This document shows positions 1 to 10,495 of a stretch of 64,000 nucleotides of DNA, one piece after another. Source of the DNA: Alphaproteobacteria bacterium (lineage in GTDB: Bacteria; Pseudomonadota; Alphaproteobacteria; UBA7985; JAUIBT01). Position numbers and translations under genes: made by a program. The stretch is from positions 82,431 through 146,430 of the forward strand of contig JAUIDR010000001.1 in assembly GCA_030428565.1 (NCBI GenBank), written 5' to 3'. The notes under the pieces are model-generated. The model was not told the origin of the DNA, ran no database searches, and saw only the letters and a list, made by a program, of their open reading frames with translations. Within the stretch, counting starts at the first letter, position 1. Each line of letters starts with the position of its first letter.

Positions 1-317
1 GCGGCATCTGGGTCGCGGTCGATAGCGGTGATCAACCCGTCGCCCTACTGCTGGGACTACTGAACCAACACGAGTTGGATCCTGGCCGACCGGCAAACCC
101 GGCAACCGGCATGATCTCTGATCTTTTCATTCGTGAAGACTTGCGGCGGCGCGGCATCGCACGCGCGTTGATACAAGAGGCCGAAGCCTTTTTTACAGCG
201 CAAGGCTGTACTGCGGTCACTGTTGCCAATCTGGTGTCCAATCCAGCGGCAGCTCAGGCCTACCAAGCCGCTGGCTATGAGCCCATCATAGAATGGCGTG
301 AGAAATCGCTCGATTAA
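1..317 (+). CDS. GNAT family N-acetyltransferase, C-terminal part; the N-terminus lies upstream of the window
   Basis: The open frame runs from position 3 to the stop at 315-317. It carries GNAT motif A (..VAVDSGDQPVA...RRRGIARALIQEAEAFF..). The ORF track lists only the internal Met at 75. Confidence 0.55.
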   Translation, partial: GIWVAVDSGDQPVALLLGLLNQHELDPGRPANPATGMISDLFIREDLRRRGIARALIQEAEAFFTAQGCTAVTVANLVSNPAAAQAYQAAGYEPIIEWREKSLD

Positions 318-394
318 GAGCGCGCCCGCCCGCGCCGAACGCAAGTGGCGAGCCAGGCGTCATAGGCGCTAACGCATTGTGCGCTCGGCCTGCG

Positions 395-724
395 CTATCC
401 GATGCCTTGCCACTGACACAACCAGTAGACCGCGAGCCCTGCCAGAACCGGGCTGACCAGATCGCGGCGCCATGCGGCGACCAGTCCTGCTGCCAGGCCC
501 GCCGATAACCAAGCATTGTACCAAGGCCAAAGCACAAGGCTGCCATTTGGCGTCAAAAGCGCGGGTGCGGTAATCGCCACCAGCACGCAAATTGGAACGA
601 ACGGCAGTGCTTGGCGGACAAAATCCGGCACATGTAGACTTGAAAACAACACCATGGCCGGTCCGCGCATCGCGAAAGTCACCAGGCAGCAAGCCAAAAT
701 CAGACCCATAATCTCTATAGTCAT
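395..724 (-). CDS. azlD: AzlD-like branched-chain amino acid transport protein (small membrane subunit)
   Basis: About 110 aa hydrophobic protein (MTIEIMGLILACCLVTF...). Its start overlaps the stop of the upstream AzlC gene by 4 nt, the typical azlCD arrangement. Start chosen at the internal Met of ORF 395..841. Confidence 0.5.
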   Translation of the reverse strand: MTIEIMGLILACCLVTFAMRGPAMVLFSSLHVPDFVRQALPFVPICVLVAITAPALLTPNGSLVLWPWYNAWLSAGLAAGLVAAWRRDLVSPVLAGLAVYWLCQWQGIG

Positions 725-1578
725 CTGCGCCGCTCCCGCGCTCGCGTTTGCAACAATCGGCTGCGCCCCAATGCCTGACAGACAAAACCGACGGCAATTC
801 CGGCCAAGATGGCCGCGACCAATCCCAGTTGGTTCGGCCAATCACGCAGCAACACCGACAAAAGCAGGCTGGTTGCGGCAGCCGCCCAGCGCGGCGCGCT
901 CACCAGCAGGGGCACAAATATCGCGATATAGGCGGAATAAATGGCAACGCTGAAGCCGTACTGCGAGATATCGGGCCCGCTCGCCCCCAGCAACAGGCCA
1001 ACCGCGGTTGCTAAATTCCAGGCGACGAACATGGCTAGGCTCGCGCCCGCAAAATAGGCCAAGGGCAGCGGCTCGCCCGGTCTTGCATCCAGTCGCCGCG
1101 CGGTCACGGCATAGGATTCGTCGGTCAAAAAATAGCCTATCACCAGCCGTCCCCATGTCGGCCAATGCGCACAGCGCGTGGCCAGATCGAGCGCATACAA
1201 CAGGTGGCGTGCGTTCAGCAAAGCGGTCACGCCAATGATGACCAAGAATCCGGCGCCTTTGCCGAACAGATCGGCAGCAGCGAACTGAGCCGAACCGGCG
1301 AAGATGAGGCTTGAAAAGGCCTGCCCGCCCAAGAGCCCCAAGCCAACCTTATAGGCCAAAAGGCCGAACAGCAGGCCAAAGGGAGCGCCCGACAGAAACA
1401 AGGGAGCGGCATCACGCACCCCCGCCCAAAACGCGCGCTGTGTGGTCTTTCCGGCGCGCCCGGCCGCCGATGCTCCTTTAGCCGACTTTGCGGGCCCCGA
1501 CTTTGCGGGCATCACCTCAGGGTGCTTTTGCGCGGCCTCCGCTGCGCCGGGAACGCTCGCTAACTGCTTGCTCACCAT
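721..1578 (-). CDS. azlC: AzlC family branched-chain amino acid permease
   Basis: AzlC-like N-terminus (AFWAGVRDAAPLFLSGAPFGLLFGLLA) and multiple TM segments. Start is uncertain: Met at 1653, 1578 or 1512. Confidence 0.6.
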   Translation of the reverse strand: MVSKQLASVPGAAEAAQKHPEVMPAKSGPAKSAKGASAAGRAGKTTQRAFWAGVRDAAPLFLSGAPFGLLFGLLAYKVGLGLLGGQAFSSLIFAGSAQFAAADLFGKGAGFLVIIGVTALLNARHLLYALDLATRCAHWPTWGRLVIGYFLTDESYAVTARRLDARPGEPLPLAYFAGASLAMFVAWNLATAVGLLLGASGPDISQYGFSVAIYSAYIAIFVPLLVSAPRWAAAATSLLLSVLLRDWPNQLGLVAAILAGIAVGFVCQALGRSRLLQTRARERRR

Positions 1579-1688
1579 TCGCCTCGTGTCGCTCGGTGTC
1601 GTGGAATTGGATGCCCAGATCGCTCCTTGGCGTCCGATCGACGCCCGCTTCACTCCTGGGGTGCTTAGCCTTCTCGCTTCCGGCTTTG

Positions 1689-2042
1689 CTAGTTGTTGAC
1701 CTTGATATCCAACGCTCGCAGCACATCGGCAAGGTTTTCCGATTTTTTAATGGGCTTTGCGCCTTCATGGACGACGAACTCGCGCCCCTTGCCACTTGGC
1801 CCCAGGCGCTTTGCGACCGTGTACATGGGTTGTTCGTGCGCGCTCTTAAAGATGGAAAACACCGCCACTCCTGGCGCGAAGTCAATCGCATAATCGCGCC
1901 ATTGACCAGCGGCGACATATCGCGAATAGACCTGCATGATCGACGATAGCTCTTCGCGTTGAAAATACAGGGGCTTGCGGGCACGGCTGCCCTTCGCACG
2001 TTTGGCGCGAAACTCTGCAATTGATATGGGGCTATCGGTCAT
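1689..2042 (-). CDS. DUF2794-like small conserved protein
   Basis: Sequence MTDSPISIAEFRAKRAKG...YFQREELSSIMQVYSRYVAAGQWRDYAID resembles the DUF2794 family common in alphaproteobacteria. Start set at the internal Met of ORF 1689..2141. Confidence 0.4.
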   Translation of the reverse strand: MTDSPISIAEFRAKRAKGSRARKPLYFQREELSSIMQVYSRYVAAGQWRDYAIDFAPGVAVFSIFKSAHEQPMYTVAKRLGPSGKGREFVVHEGAKPIKKSENLADVLRALDIKVNN

Positions 2043-2212
2043 AAGGCACCGCTGGTTCCGCTGTCTGGCCCCACTGTTTGGCTGCGGGCCCCGCCCAAGT
2101 TCGGCGATATTTTTGAACGACGGTCTGCAAACATAGGCCAACTATGCAGGTAAGACCCACAGCCCTCAAGAAGAACCGCATGATTGGTGCCGAATTTTTC
2201 TAGCCCTAAGGG

Positions 2213-2959
2213 ATGCAAAGCGGTATCACCATCACAAAATTCGACCGTCAATCCGCAAACAAACCACTGTTGGAGCCCTCAGTGAAGAAGCAAAACCAAG
2301 ATCAGGACAACCAAAGCGATCTGCTATTCGCCGAACTCAGCGAAGAGATGCGCCAAGACCAGGTGATCCAGTTCCTGAAAAAGTACCAGTATTTTATCAT
2401 CGGCGGCGTGCTGGCCTTCGCAGCGGCCTTTGGCGGTCTACTGGCCTACGATTCCTATCAAGTTTCGGTGCGCAAAGGCCTGGCAAGCGACATCGCCCAA
2501 GCACAGACTTTGATCAATGAAGGCCAGGAAGACGCGGGCCTTAGCCTGCTGCAAGAGCTGTCTGCGCGTAGTGACTTTTACGGCTATCAAGCCGGCATGA
2601 TCCTAGCCAAGCGTGACCTGGCCATGGGCGATTTCGACGCCGCCAGCACCCGCTTTCAAGCCCTGGCGAAAAGCACCAGCCTAAGCGCAGCTTATAAGGA
2701 TCTGGCCGAGATCTATGCTTTGATGGCGGCCAGCAACGATACGCTCAGCGAAGCGGACCGTCAGCGGATCGAAGCCCTGGCGTCCAGCGATAGCGCCTAT
2801 GCGGGCATGGCCAAGGAATTGCAGGTCGCCGCCCTGGTTCAACAAGGCCAGATTGAACAAGCGCTCAGCGCTATCGACCTTTTGTTGAACGCCGACGACA
2901 GCTCAAGCCAGCTCAAGTTCCGCATGGAGCAGCTAAAACAAGCCCTGGGCAAGGGATAA
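2213..2959 (+). CDS. YfgM-like TPR-type membrane-anchored protein
   Basis: N-terminal region then a single TM (KYQYFIIGGVLAFAAAFGGLLAY) followed by a helical, TPR-like soluble domain. Sits immediately upstream of bamB and der, the conserved yfgM-bamB-der arrangement. Confidence 0.5.
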   Translation: MQSGITITKFDRQSANKPLLEPSVKKQNQDQDNQSDLLFAELSEEMRQDQVIQFLKKYQYFIIGGVLAFAAAFGGLLAYDSYQVSVRKGLASDIAQAQTLINEGQEDAGLSLLQELSARSDFYGYQAGMILAKRDLAMGDFDAASTRFQALAKSTSLSAAYKDLAEIYALMAASNDTLSEADRQRIEALASSDSAYAGMAKELQVAALVQQGQIEQALSAIDLLLNADDSSSQLKFRMEQLKQALGKG

Positions 2960-3147
2960 GGCGCTTTGTGATGGGCCTGCGGGCGGGCCGTGCTAGGCTT
3001 TGGCTGCGCGGCCACCCATTCGCTGTTCGCCGCAGCCATCGCCGCGCTTTTGCTGACCATCGCCCTAAGTCCTACCAAACCTGAGCCTGACCAAACCTGA
3101 GCCTGCCCCGCTACACCATCGCCGGAAAAGCCGCCTAGACCGCTTCC

Positions 3148-4524
3148 ATGTCAAACGCCCCTCGCAAAGACCTCAAGATCGACGCTAAGGCGCCCCAGCT
3201 CGGGCGGCGCGGGGTCGTGTTCGCGCTCGCCGGTCTGACGCTCACTACGGGCTGCGCGCGCGTGCAAGAGCTGTTGGCCCCGCGCGAAAAGCCCTTGCCG
3301 GGCAAACGCCAGGATATCTTGACCCAAGGCGACGGTCCGCTGGATCGCAAGACTATCGTCAATCCACAAGTTACGCTGGAACCCGTACAAGAGAACAAAT
3401 TCTGGACCCACGTTGCGGGCTCTCCGCATCACCGTGCGGGCCATTTTGCGCTTTCGTCGACCCCCCAGCGGGCTTGGTCGGTGCGTATCGGCGACGGCAA
3501 TGCCCGCCGCCAACGGCTCACCTCTGAACCGCTCGTCATCGACCAGGTGGTATTTACCTTGGATGCCAAGGGAATCGTATCGGCGCGCAACTTAGAGACC
3601 GGCCAGGCCTATTGGTCTCGATCGGTCATGCCGCAGTTCGAGCGCAGCGGTTTCGGCGGCGCACTTGCCTACGACGAGCAGCGCTTGTTCGTTACCGCGG
3701 GTTTGGATTACACGGTTTGCCTAGACGCCAGAACCGGAAAAATTCTCTGGTATCAACGCCTTGCGGGACCAACACGCTCGGCACCCGTGGTGTCAGACGG
3801 TCGCGTCTTTATGGTGACGCTCGACAACCGCATCTACGCGCTCGATGTCAGCGACGGCAGCCTGATTTGGGAAAAGAATAACCCCGATAGCGTGACGCGC
3901 TTATTGGGCGGCTCGGGCCTTGCCTATGCCAACGGCACCGTGGTTGCGGCCTTAGGCAACGGCGAAGTTCACGCCTTGTCGCCCGCCACCGGCCGACGCA
4001 TCTGGGACGACACCTTCGCGCCGCTGGGCGTCGCCGATACAGTCTTAGGAGAAATCGCCGACATCACAGCGCCCCCCATCATCGCCGGAGATCGGGTCTT
4101 TATTACCAGCCAAGCCGGGCGCACCGCTGCGCTGGATCTGCGCACGGGTCGGGTGCAATGGGAATCGTCGGTGGGCAGCCGAAATTGGCCCGCCTTCACC
4201 GGCAAGCACATGTTCCTAGTCACCGAAAACGCCAAACTAGTTGCTGTCGATATTGACACCGGGGCTGCGGTTTGGATCAAAGATCTTCCCTCCTACGCTA
4301 ACAAGCGCACCCGTCGTGGCTTCATCGCTTGGCACGGCCCGACGCTGGCCGGGGGACGCCTATTTATGGGCGGTGAGAATCGAACCATGGCCGTTGTCGA
4401 CCCTCTGTCCGGCCGCACTGTCGCTGATTTTGAACTCAGCGACGATATCATTAGCTCGGCTGTCGTGGCGAACCGAACCATGCTGGTTCTAACCGCCGAT
4501 GGCCTGTTGCACGCCTATCGTTAA
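3148..4524 (+). CDS. bamB: Outer membrane protein assembly factor BamB (PQQ-like beta-propeller lipoprotein)
   Basis: Lipoprotein signal (LAGLTLTTGCA), repeated PQQ-type beta-propeller blades, and a position directly upstream of der. Confidence 0.7.
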   Translation: MSNAPRKDLKIDAKAPQLGRRGVVFALAGLTLTTGCARVQELLAPREKPLPGKRQDILTQGDGPLDRKTIVNPQVTLEPVQENKFWTHVAGSPHHRAGHFALSSTPQRAWSVRIGDGNARRQRLTSEPLVIDQVVFTLDAKGIVSARNLETGQAYWSRSVMPQFERSGFGGALAYDEQRLFVTAGLDYTVCLDARTGKILWYQRLAGPTRSAPVVSDGRVFMVTLDNRIYALDVSDGSLIWEKNNPDSVTRLLGGSGLAYANGTVVAALGNGEVHALSPATGRRIWDDTFAPLGVADTVLGEIADITAPPIIAGDRVFITSQAGRTAALDLRTGRVQWESSVGSRNWPAFTGKHMFLVTENAKLVAVDIDTGAAVWIKDLPSYANKRTRRGFIAWHGPTLAGGRLFMGGENRTMAVVDPLSGRTVADFELSDDIISSAVVANRTMLVLTADGLLHAYR

Positions 4525-4558
4525 GACCCGGCTTAGAGGCTGGGCGTCTGGAAATACC

Positions 4559-6010
4559 ATGAGTGAAAACATCAGCAGCTCCGCGCAGCGAACCGGGCTT
4601 AGGGTCGCGATCGTGGGTCGGCCCAACGTCGGTAAATCGACCCTCTTCAACCGCCTGGCTGGGCGCAAGTTAGCCCTGGTCCATGACCAACCGGGCGTGA
4701 CCCGCGATTGGCGCGAGGCCGATGCCCACATTGCGGGCTGGCCGTTTGTGGTGATCGATACTGCGGGTCTGGAAGAGGCCTTTGATGAGAGCCTTGAAGC
4801 GCGCATGCGCCGCAAAACACAAGAGGCCCTGGGCGGCGCCGATCTGGTGCTTTTCGTTATCGATTCGCGCGCTGGTATTGTGCCGATGGATCAGCATTTT
4901 GCCTCGTGGCTACGCCAAAACAACGACGCCCCGGTTTGGCTGATTGCCAACAAGTGCGAAGGCACCAAGGGAAGCGAAGGCTACTATGACGCCTTCTCCT
5001 TGGGCCTCGGCGAGCCCATCGCGCTGTCCGCCGAACACGGCGAAGGCATGGCAGAGCTCTATTCAGAGATGGTGCGTTATGCCCAGCAAGCGGGCGTCGA
5101 GCTCAGCGATGGCGAAGAGGAAGAAGAAGGCAGCCTGGCCAGCGACGAAGCTTTCGATGCGCGCGAAGACGAAGGCGCGATTCGTTTTGAATTCAACCCC
5201 GAGCGCCCGGTTCAAATGGCGGTGGTTGGCCGCCCGAATGCAGGCAAGTCAACGCTTGTCAACGCCATTTTGGGCCAAGATCGCTTTCTAACAGGCCCGG
5301 AAGCGGGCATTACGCGCGACTCGATTTCGGTTGATCTGCAATACAAAGGCCGCCCCATCCGCCTGTTCGACACAGCGGGGCTGCGCCGACAAGCGCGCGT
5401 GATCGAGGGCTTGGAGAAGATGAGCGTCGCCGATTCGCTCCGTTCGCTGCGCTATGCTCAGGTGGTTATCTTGCTGATGGACGCCGACAGTCCGCTCGAC
5501 AAGCAAGACCTAACCATCGCGCGCCGGGTTATTGACGAAGGGCGTGCGCTGATCCTTGCGGTCAACAAGTGGGACGTGACCGAAAACCGAAAAGAGACGC
5601 TACAAGCGGTTCGTGATCGGGTCGAACGCTCTATGCCCCAAATCAAGGGCGTGCCGATTTTGACCCTTTCCGCGCTGCATAAGAAGGGACTGGATGAACT
5701 GATGCAGGCCGCCGTGGATCTGTTCCAGGTCTGGACCGTGCGCTTCTCCACCGCCCTGCTCAATCGCTGGCTCCATGAGCGCCTGGAAAACCACCCGCCC
5801 CCCTTGGTCGGCGGTCGGCGCATCAAGATCCGCTACATCACCCAGGCCAAGACGCGTCCGCCAACCTTCATGCTGTTCGGCAACAAAGTTAACGAGTTGC
5901 CGGAAAGCTACCGTCGTTATCTCATCAATGCTTTGCGTGAAGATTTTAACGTGTGGGGCACCCCAATTCGCTTGAACGCGCGCCGGTCGGCCAACCCATA
6001 CGCCAAATAG
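4559..6010 (+). CDS. der: Ribosome biogenesis GTPase Der (EngA)
   Basis: Two tandem GTPase domains, each with a P-loop (GRPNVGKSTLFN and GRPNAGKSTLVN), plus a KH-like C-terminus. Start taken at MSENISS, 20 codons into the listed ORF. Confidence 0.85.
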   Translation: MSENISSSAQRTGLRVAIVGRPNVGKSTLFNRLAGRKLALVHDQPGVTRDWREADAHIAGWPFVVIDTAGLEEAFDESLEARMRRKTQEALGGADLVLFVIDSRAGIVPMDQHFASWLRQNNDAPVWLIANKCEGTKGSEGYYDAFSLGLGEPIALSAEHGEGMAELYSEMVRYAQQAGVELSDGEEEEEGSLASDEAFDAREDEGAIRFEFNPERPVQMAVVGRPNAGKSTLVNAILGQDRFLTGPEAGITRDSISVDLQYKGRPIRLFDTAGLRRQARVIEGLEKMSVADSLRSLRYAQVVILLMDADSPLDKQDLTIARRVIDEGRALILAVNKWDVTENRKETLQAVRDRVERSMPQIKGVPILTLSALHKKGLDELMQAAVDLFQVWTVRFSTALLNRWLHERLENHPPPLVGGRRIKIRYITQAKTRPPTFMLFGNKVNELPESYRRYLINALREDFNVWGTPIRLNARRSANPYAK

Positions 6011-6039
6011 CATGGCCGGTGCAACCGCGCGCGGTGCGC

Positions 6040-6939
6040 TTAGCGGCCTCGCTTGAGCCACGCCAAATAATGCGCATGGAAGCGATGATAGCCGCGCTCT
6101 GTCGTCATCAGGTGCGGCTTGGTCAAGCGGTGCAAGGCAGGCAAGCGAAAGAATGGCACGGCGGGAAAGCTGTGGTGTTCGGCATGGTAGGGCATATTCC
6201 AGGCCAACCAACGCACCAGGCGATTGGTAAAGGTCGTGCGTGAATTTTCCAGCATATTGGCCACCAAAGGACAGCGCCCATGCTCGGCCAGAAGATAGAG
6301 CCGCAAGAAGGGCTGGCCCAACAACAGCGGCAGCCCCCAAATCCACAACAGAAGTGCTGAGCCCAGCGCGATCGAGACACCCAGCAGGGCCGAATAGAAA
6401 AGCAGCATCGCCAGAGACTCGCGTTGGACGATCGCGCGCTTGCTATCGGGAACGAAAGCCTCGCGCCCCTGCCCGGCCGCATTGCGGAGCAGCGTTGAAA
6501 GCTGGGAGCGCCAGATCGGCAGACCGGAGATATGCCAGATATAGGCAGGCAAAGTCGCAGGCTTGGGGCTTGCAAGCTCCGGGTCGCGTTCCGGGTCTTG
6601 AGTATAGCGGTGATGGGCAAAGTGGAAATAGCGAAACCACCGCGGCGGCAAGATCAACAGCACCCCGCAAAGGCGCGCCAGTGCCTCGTTCATCCAACGC
6701 GTGCGGAAGGCGGTCAAGTGGCTGACCTCATGCAATAAGGTAAACTGGAAGACCAATAGGATACCCAGCGGCAGCATCGCAACTGGCCAGGCCCAACCCT
6801 CGCACACGATCCAAGCCACCAGCAGCGCCATGGCACCCCATTGGCTGGCCAATCGCACGAACCCCGGCGCGTCGGCCTGCTCCAATAAAGCGCTGCGTTG
6901 CTCTCGGCTTAGATTTGCAAGCAGCGCTCTATGGTCCAT
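6040..6939 (-). CDS. Fatty acid desaturase family membrane protein
   Basis: Three His boxes (HEVSHL, HHRYTQDPERDPE, HAEHHSFPAVP) and TM segments. Confidence 0.7.
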   Translation of the reverse strand: MDHRALLANLSREQRSALLEQADAPGFVRLASQWGAMALLVAWIVCEGWAWPVAMLPLGILLVFQFTLLHEVSHLTAFRTRWMNEALARLCGVLLILPPRWFRYFHFAHHRYTQDPERDPELASPKPATLPAYIWHISGLPIWRSQLSTLLRNAAGQGREAFVPDSKRAIVQRESLAMLLFYSALLGVSIALGSALLLWIWGLPLLLGQPFLRLYLLAEHGRCPLVANMLENSRTTFTNRLVRWLAWNMPYHAEHHSFPAVPFFRLPALHRLTKPHLMTTERGYHRFHAHYLAWLKRGR

Positions 6940-6983
6940 GATGCGGTTAGCCCCTCGCCATCGTCAAACTGCGCCCCCCCGAG

Positions 6984-8390
6984 TTAGGCGGCGCTGACCT
7001 TCTCGTCGCGCTGCTCATCCGCATAGAGATCTAAAGGATGCAAGAGCGCGGCTTGGTTGGCTTCCAAGCGTTCCACACTGAAGTTTTCAACCAAGCCGTG
7101 GAACAATTGATACCAATTCACCTCGGCTTTCAAGCGCGTAAAGACCGAGCCCAGACCAATCGCGGCGCGATCCATAAAGACGAAAGGCTTAGGGATGGTG
7201 ACGCCGCCGATTCGTTTCAGCTCAGCGCGCACATTTGACATAGCCGCCTGCCCGCGTTTGGTGGTCTCCCCGCCCTGCAAAAGCTGGGTCTTGTCCTCCA
7301 TCAAGGGCCCATAGAGGAAGCTGGCCCAAATGTTCAGCGTCTCAATGATCTCCTTGGTCAGAACCTCAAAGCCCCAAGCTTCATAGGCGTGTACCGCGAG
7401 TTCCTGATCGCCATCGCGGATCGCACGGTATAGATCAATGACGCCGCCGACAAAGCGCGGCTCAAAGATGCGAACACAGCCGAAATCCAGCAAATTTAGC
7501 GAGCCGTCCTGCGCAACCGCATAGTTGCCAAAGTGCGGATCACCGTGGATCATGCCGTAGTGATAAAAGGGCGTATACCAAGCGCGGAACATGTTCATGG
7601 CAATGGCGTTTCGCTGTTCTTGGCTGGTGCTGGTGTCATCCAGAAATTCGGCGAAAGGCTTGCCCTCCAGCCAGGACAGCGTGATTAGCCGCTGAGAGCT
7701 GAGCTCATCCACCACTTGCGGAACATTGACGTTCGGCACATTGGCTAGGATTTGGCCAAAGGCCTTGGCATAGCGCGCTTCTTGCGCATAATCCAATTCC
7801 TCGCGCAGGCGATAGGTGATCTCGCTGAAAATCTCGCGCGTATCAATGATGCCCTCATAGCGCTTGAACATGCTCATCAGCGTCTTGAGCTGCACCAGAT
7901 CGGCTTCCACCGCCGAGCTCATATCTGGATATTGCAGTTTGCAGGCCACCTTGCGCCCATCCGGCAGTTCGGCGCGATGGACCTGCCCCAGCGAGGCCGC
8001 CGCCGCCGCCTCTCGATCAAACTGGGCAAAGCGCGACTGCCAGTCGCTGCCTAGCTCGGCTTTCATGCGTCGCTTAACGAACAGCCAGCCCATGGCAGGC
8101 GCATTGGATTGAAGCTGGCGCAGCTCGTTGGCCACTTCTTCGGGCAAGAGGTCGGGAACAACCGCCAGCAATTGTGCGGCCTTGACCAAAGGGCCTTTCA
8201 GATTGCCCAACGCCTTAGCCAGGTCCGCTGCGTTGGCCTCGGACATGAGATCCCCGCCCGCCAGGCGGCGCACGCCGACCTGCATGGCCACACCCGAAAG
8301 CGAGGTGCCAACACGCGCATAGCGTCCCAGGCGTCCAGTGAGGGAGTTTTCTTCAGATGTCGCCATTCGCCGCGAACCCTTTGCTTCCAT
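6984..8390 (-). CDS. ABC1/UbiB (AarF) family atypical protein kinase
   Basis: ABC1-kinase motifs (AAASLGQVHRAEL, HGDPHFGNYAV, LLDFG). Length of about 460 aa fits the family. Confidence 0.7.
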   Translation of the reverse strand: MEAKGSRRMATSEENSLTGRLGRYARVGTSLSGVAMQVGVRRLAGGDLMSEANAADLAKALGNLKGPLVKAAQLLAVVPDLLPEEVANELRQLQSNAPAMGWLFVKRRMKAELGSDWQSRFAQFDREAAAAASLGQVHRAELPDGRKVACKLQYPDMSSAVEADLVQLKTLMSMFKRYEGIIDTREIFSEITYRLREELDYAQEARYAKAFGQILANVPNVNVPQVVDELSSQRLITLSWLEGKPFAEFLDDTSTSQEQRNAIAMNMFRAWYTPFYHYGMIHGDPHFGNYAVAQDGSLNLLDFGCVRIFEPRFVGGVIDLYRAIRDGDQELAVHAYEAWGFEVLTKEIIETLNIWASFLYGPLMEDKTQLLQGGETTKRGQAAMSNVRAELKRIGGVTIPKPFVFMDRAAIGLGSVFTRLKAEVNWYQLFHGLVENFSVERLEANQAALLHPLDLYADEQRDEKVSAA

Positions 8391-8437
8391 GCTGCTAATT
8401 GAGCGCCCGTATTAGTGGCCCAGGTTGGATTTCCAGA

Positions 8438-10234
8438 TTAGTCCTCTAGGGCTTCAAGCTGGTCGATCAGGCCCGAAATCATCATCAGACCCTTGTCCCA
8501 GAAATCGGGCGCTGAGGCATCCAAGCCGAAGGGGGCCAACAGCTCCTTATGGCGCTTGGAACCGCCCGCGCGCAACATGTCCAGATACTTGTCCGCAAAG
8601 CCCGCGTCCGCGTCTTGATAGACCGCATAGAGCGAATTGACCAAGCAATCGCCGAAAGCATAGGCGTAGACATAGAAGGGTACGTGGATGAAGTGCTGAA
8701 CATAGGACCAATAGTGGTCATAGGTCTCATCGTAGGTGAAGATCGGCCCCAGCGAACGGGTCTGCACATCCATCCAGATATCACGGAATTGTTCGGCGGA
8801 TAGCTCGCCTTGCTTGCGGGCCTCGTGAACAGCGGTCTCGAATTCGTGGAAAGCGATCTGGCGAACCACGGTGTTGAGCATGTCTTCAACCTTGCCGGCG
8901 AGCAGGATTTTGCGCTTTGCAGGGTCGCTTTCTTGCGCCAACAGTTTTTGGAAGGTCAACATCTCGCCAAACACCGAAGCGGTCTCGGCCAGGGTCAGCG
9001 GCGTTGAAGATTTGAACAGGCCTTGATCGCTGGCCAACACCTGGTGGACGCCGTGGCCCAGCTCGTGCGCCATGGTCATGACATCGCGGTTCTTGCCCTT
9101 ATAGTTCAGCAACACATAAGGATGGACTGAGGGCACGCAGGGCGCAGCAAACGCACCGGGGGCTTTGCCCGGACGCACCGGCGCGTCAATCCAGCTTTCG
9201 TCGAAGAAGCGGCGGGCGATGTTGGCCATACGCGGGTCGAAATCACCGTAAGCCGTCAGCACGGTATCTTTGGCTTCTTCAAAGGGAATGAGGCGGTCAT
9301 CATTGCGCGGCAGCGGCGCGTTTCGGTCCCAATAGGCCAGCTTGTCCTTGCCCATCCACTTGGCTTTGAGCGCATAATAGCGGTGTGCGAGCTTGGGGTA
9401 GGCGTTTTGGACGGAGCTGACCAGCGCATCCACAACTTCATCTTCGACCAAATTCGCTTTGTTACGAGAGGAAACCGGGCGCTCATACTTGCGCCAGCGC
9501 GTGGCGATTTCTTTCTTTTTGGCAATGGTGTTCATGACCAAGGTCGTGATGCGCAGCGTCTTTTGCAGCCCACGTCCAAAGCTCTGGGCGGCCTCTTTGC
9601 GCACTGTTTCATCGGCGTCCATGGTCTTGGTCAAGATCTCAGCTTGGCTCAGTTCTTCGCCGCGAAACTCATAGCGCGCTTCGGCCATGGTCTCGTCGTA
9701 CAGGCGCACCCAACCGCCATCGACCGGGCTGGCATCGACCAAGTACTGTTCGAGTTCATCACTCAGCTGGTGTGGGCGCCCTTCACGGTGATCGCGAATT
9801 ACGCTCTCGTAGGACTTAACGAGCGGATCGGCAAACAAAGCTTCGACCGCTTCATCGCTCATCTGGTTGAGTTCTAGGTCGTGGAACAAGGTGTGGCTGG
9901 AGATCTGCGCTGCTTTTTCGGATTGAATAGCGCGAAATCGGCTAACTTCCGGATCGGTCAGAGCAGTTTGGTAAGACAAATTGGCAAAGTTCAACACCTT
10001 GTACAGGGTCTCGCTCAGAGCCTCCATGCGTTGCATAAGCTGCCCGAATTCGCCCGCTGGAATACTACCCACCTTGCCCTTGTATGCCGTTTCCAGCGCC
10101 TGGGCTTCTTCCAGGCACCAAGCCATGTCCTTATCAATTTGCGGATCTTCAAGCCCAGCGTACAGATGGCTTAGATCCCATGACGGAAGCGAGCCCAAGG
10201 ATTCGTTGGCGGAAGCGGCGACGGTGGCTGACAT
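8438..10234 (-). CDS. pepF: M3 family oligoendopeptidase F
   Basis: HELGHGVH zinc motif and M3B-like architecture of about 600 aa. Start at internal Met 24 (MSATVAAS...) of the listed ORF. Confidence 0.7.
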   Translation of the reverse strand: MSATVAASANESLGSLPSWDLSHLYAGLEDPQIDKDMAWCLEEAQALETAYKGKVGSIPAGEFGQLMQRMEALSETLYKVLNFANLSYQTALTDPEVSRFRAIQSEKAAQISSHTLFHDLELNQMSDEAVEALFADPLVKSYESVIRDHREGRPHQLSDELEQYLVDASPVDGGWVRLYDETMAEARYEFRGEELSQAEILTKTMDADETVRKEAAQSFGRGLQKTLRITTLVMNTIAKKKEIATRWRKYERPVSSRNKANLVEDEVVDALVSSVQNAYPKLAHRYYALKAKWMGKDKLAYWDRNAPLPRNDDRLIPFEEAKDTVLTAYGDFDPRMANIARRFFDESWIDAPVRPGKAPGAFAAPCVPSVHPYVLLNYKGKNRDVMTMAHELGHGVHQVLASDQGLFKSSTPLTLAETASVFGEMLTFQKLLAQESDPAKRKILLAGKVEDMLNTVVRQIAFHEFETAVHEARKQGELSAEQFRDIWMDVQTRSLGPIFTYDETYDHYWSYVQHFIHVPFYVYAYAFGDCLVNSLYAVYQDADAGFADKYLDMLRAGGSKRHKELLAPFGLDASAPDFWDKGLMMISGLIDQLEALED

Positions 10235-10495
10235 GCGGATAAGTCTCAATTTTTTTGGTGGTTTTGAAAGGATTGGAAGGGACAAAGCCCAAGCGAGGGC
10301 CAAACTTTAGGCGTTACGCTTTACAAGGTGGCACGTTGAATTCATAACTTTGGTAACAAGATGTAAACAAGCTTGTTTCGAAAGAAACCCGCTTCGTGAA
10401 CAAACCATAATGGCAAGGCGGCAACCTAGAGCATAATCGCAGCCAAGCGGCGGCCAAGTATCCAAGCCCAGCCTTGCCAACAGAGGGAGAAGGCT

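Noticed and set aside
5600-6346. 248-aa minus-strand ORF overlapping the der 3' end and the desaturase gene
   Set aside because: It lies antisense to or out of frame with two well-supported genes, a typical high-GC shadow ORF.
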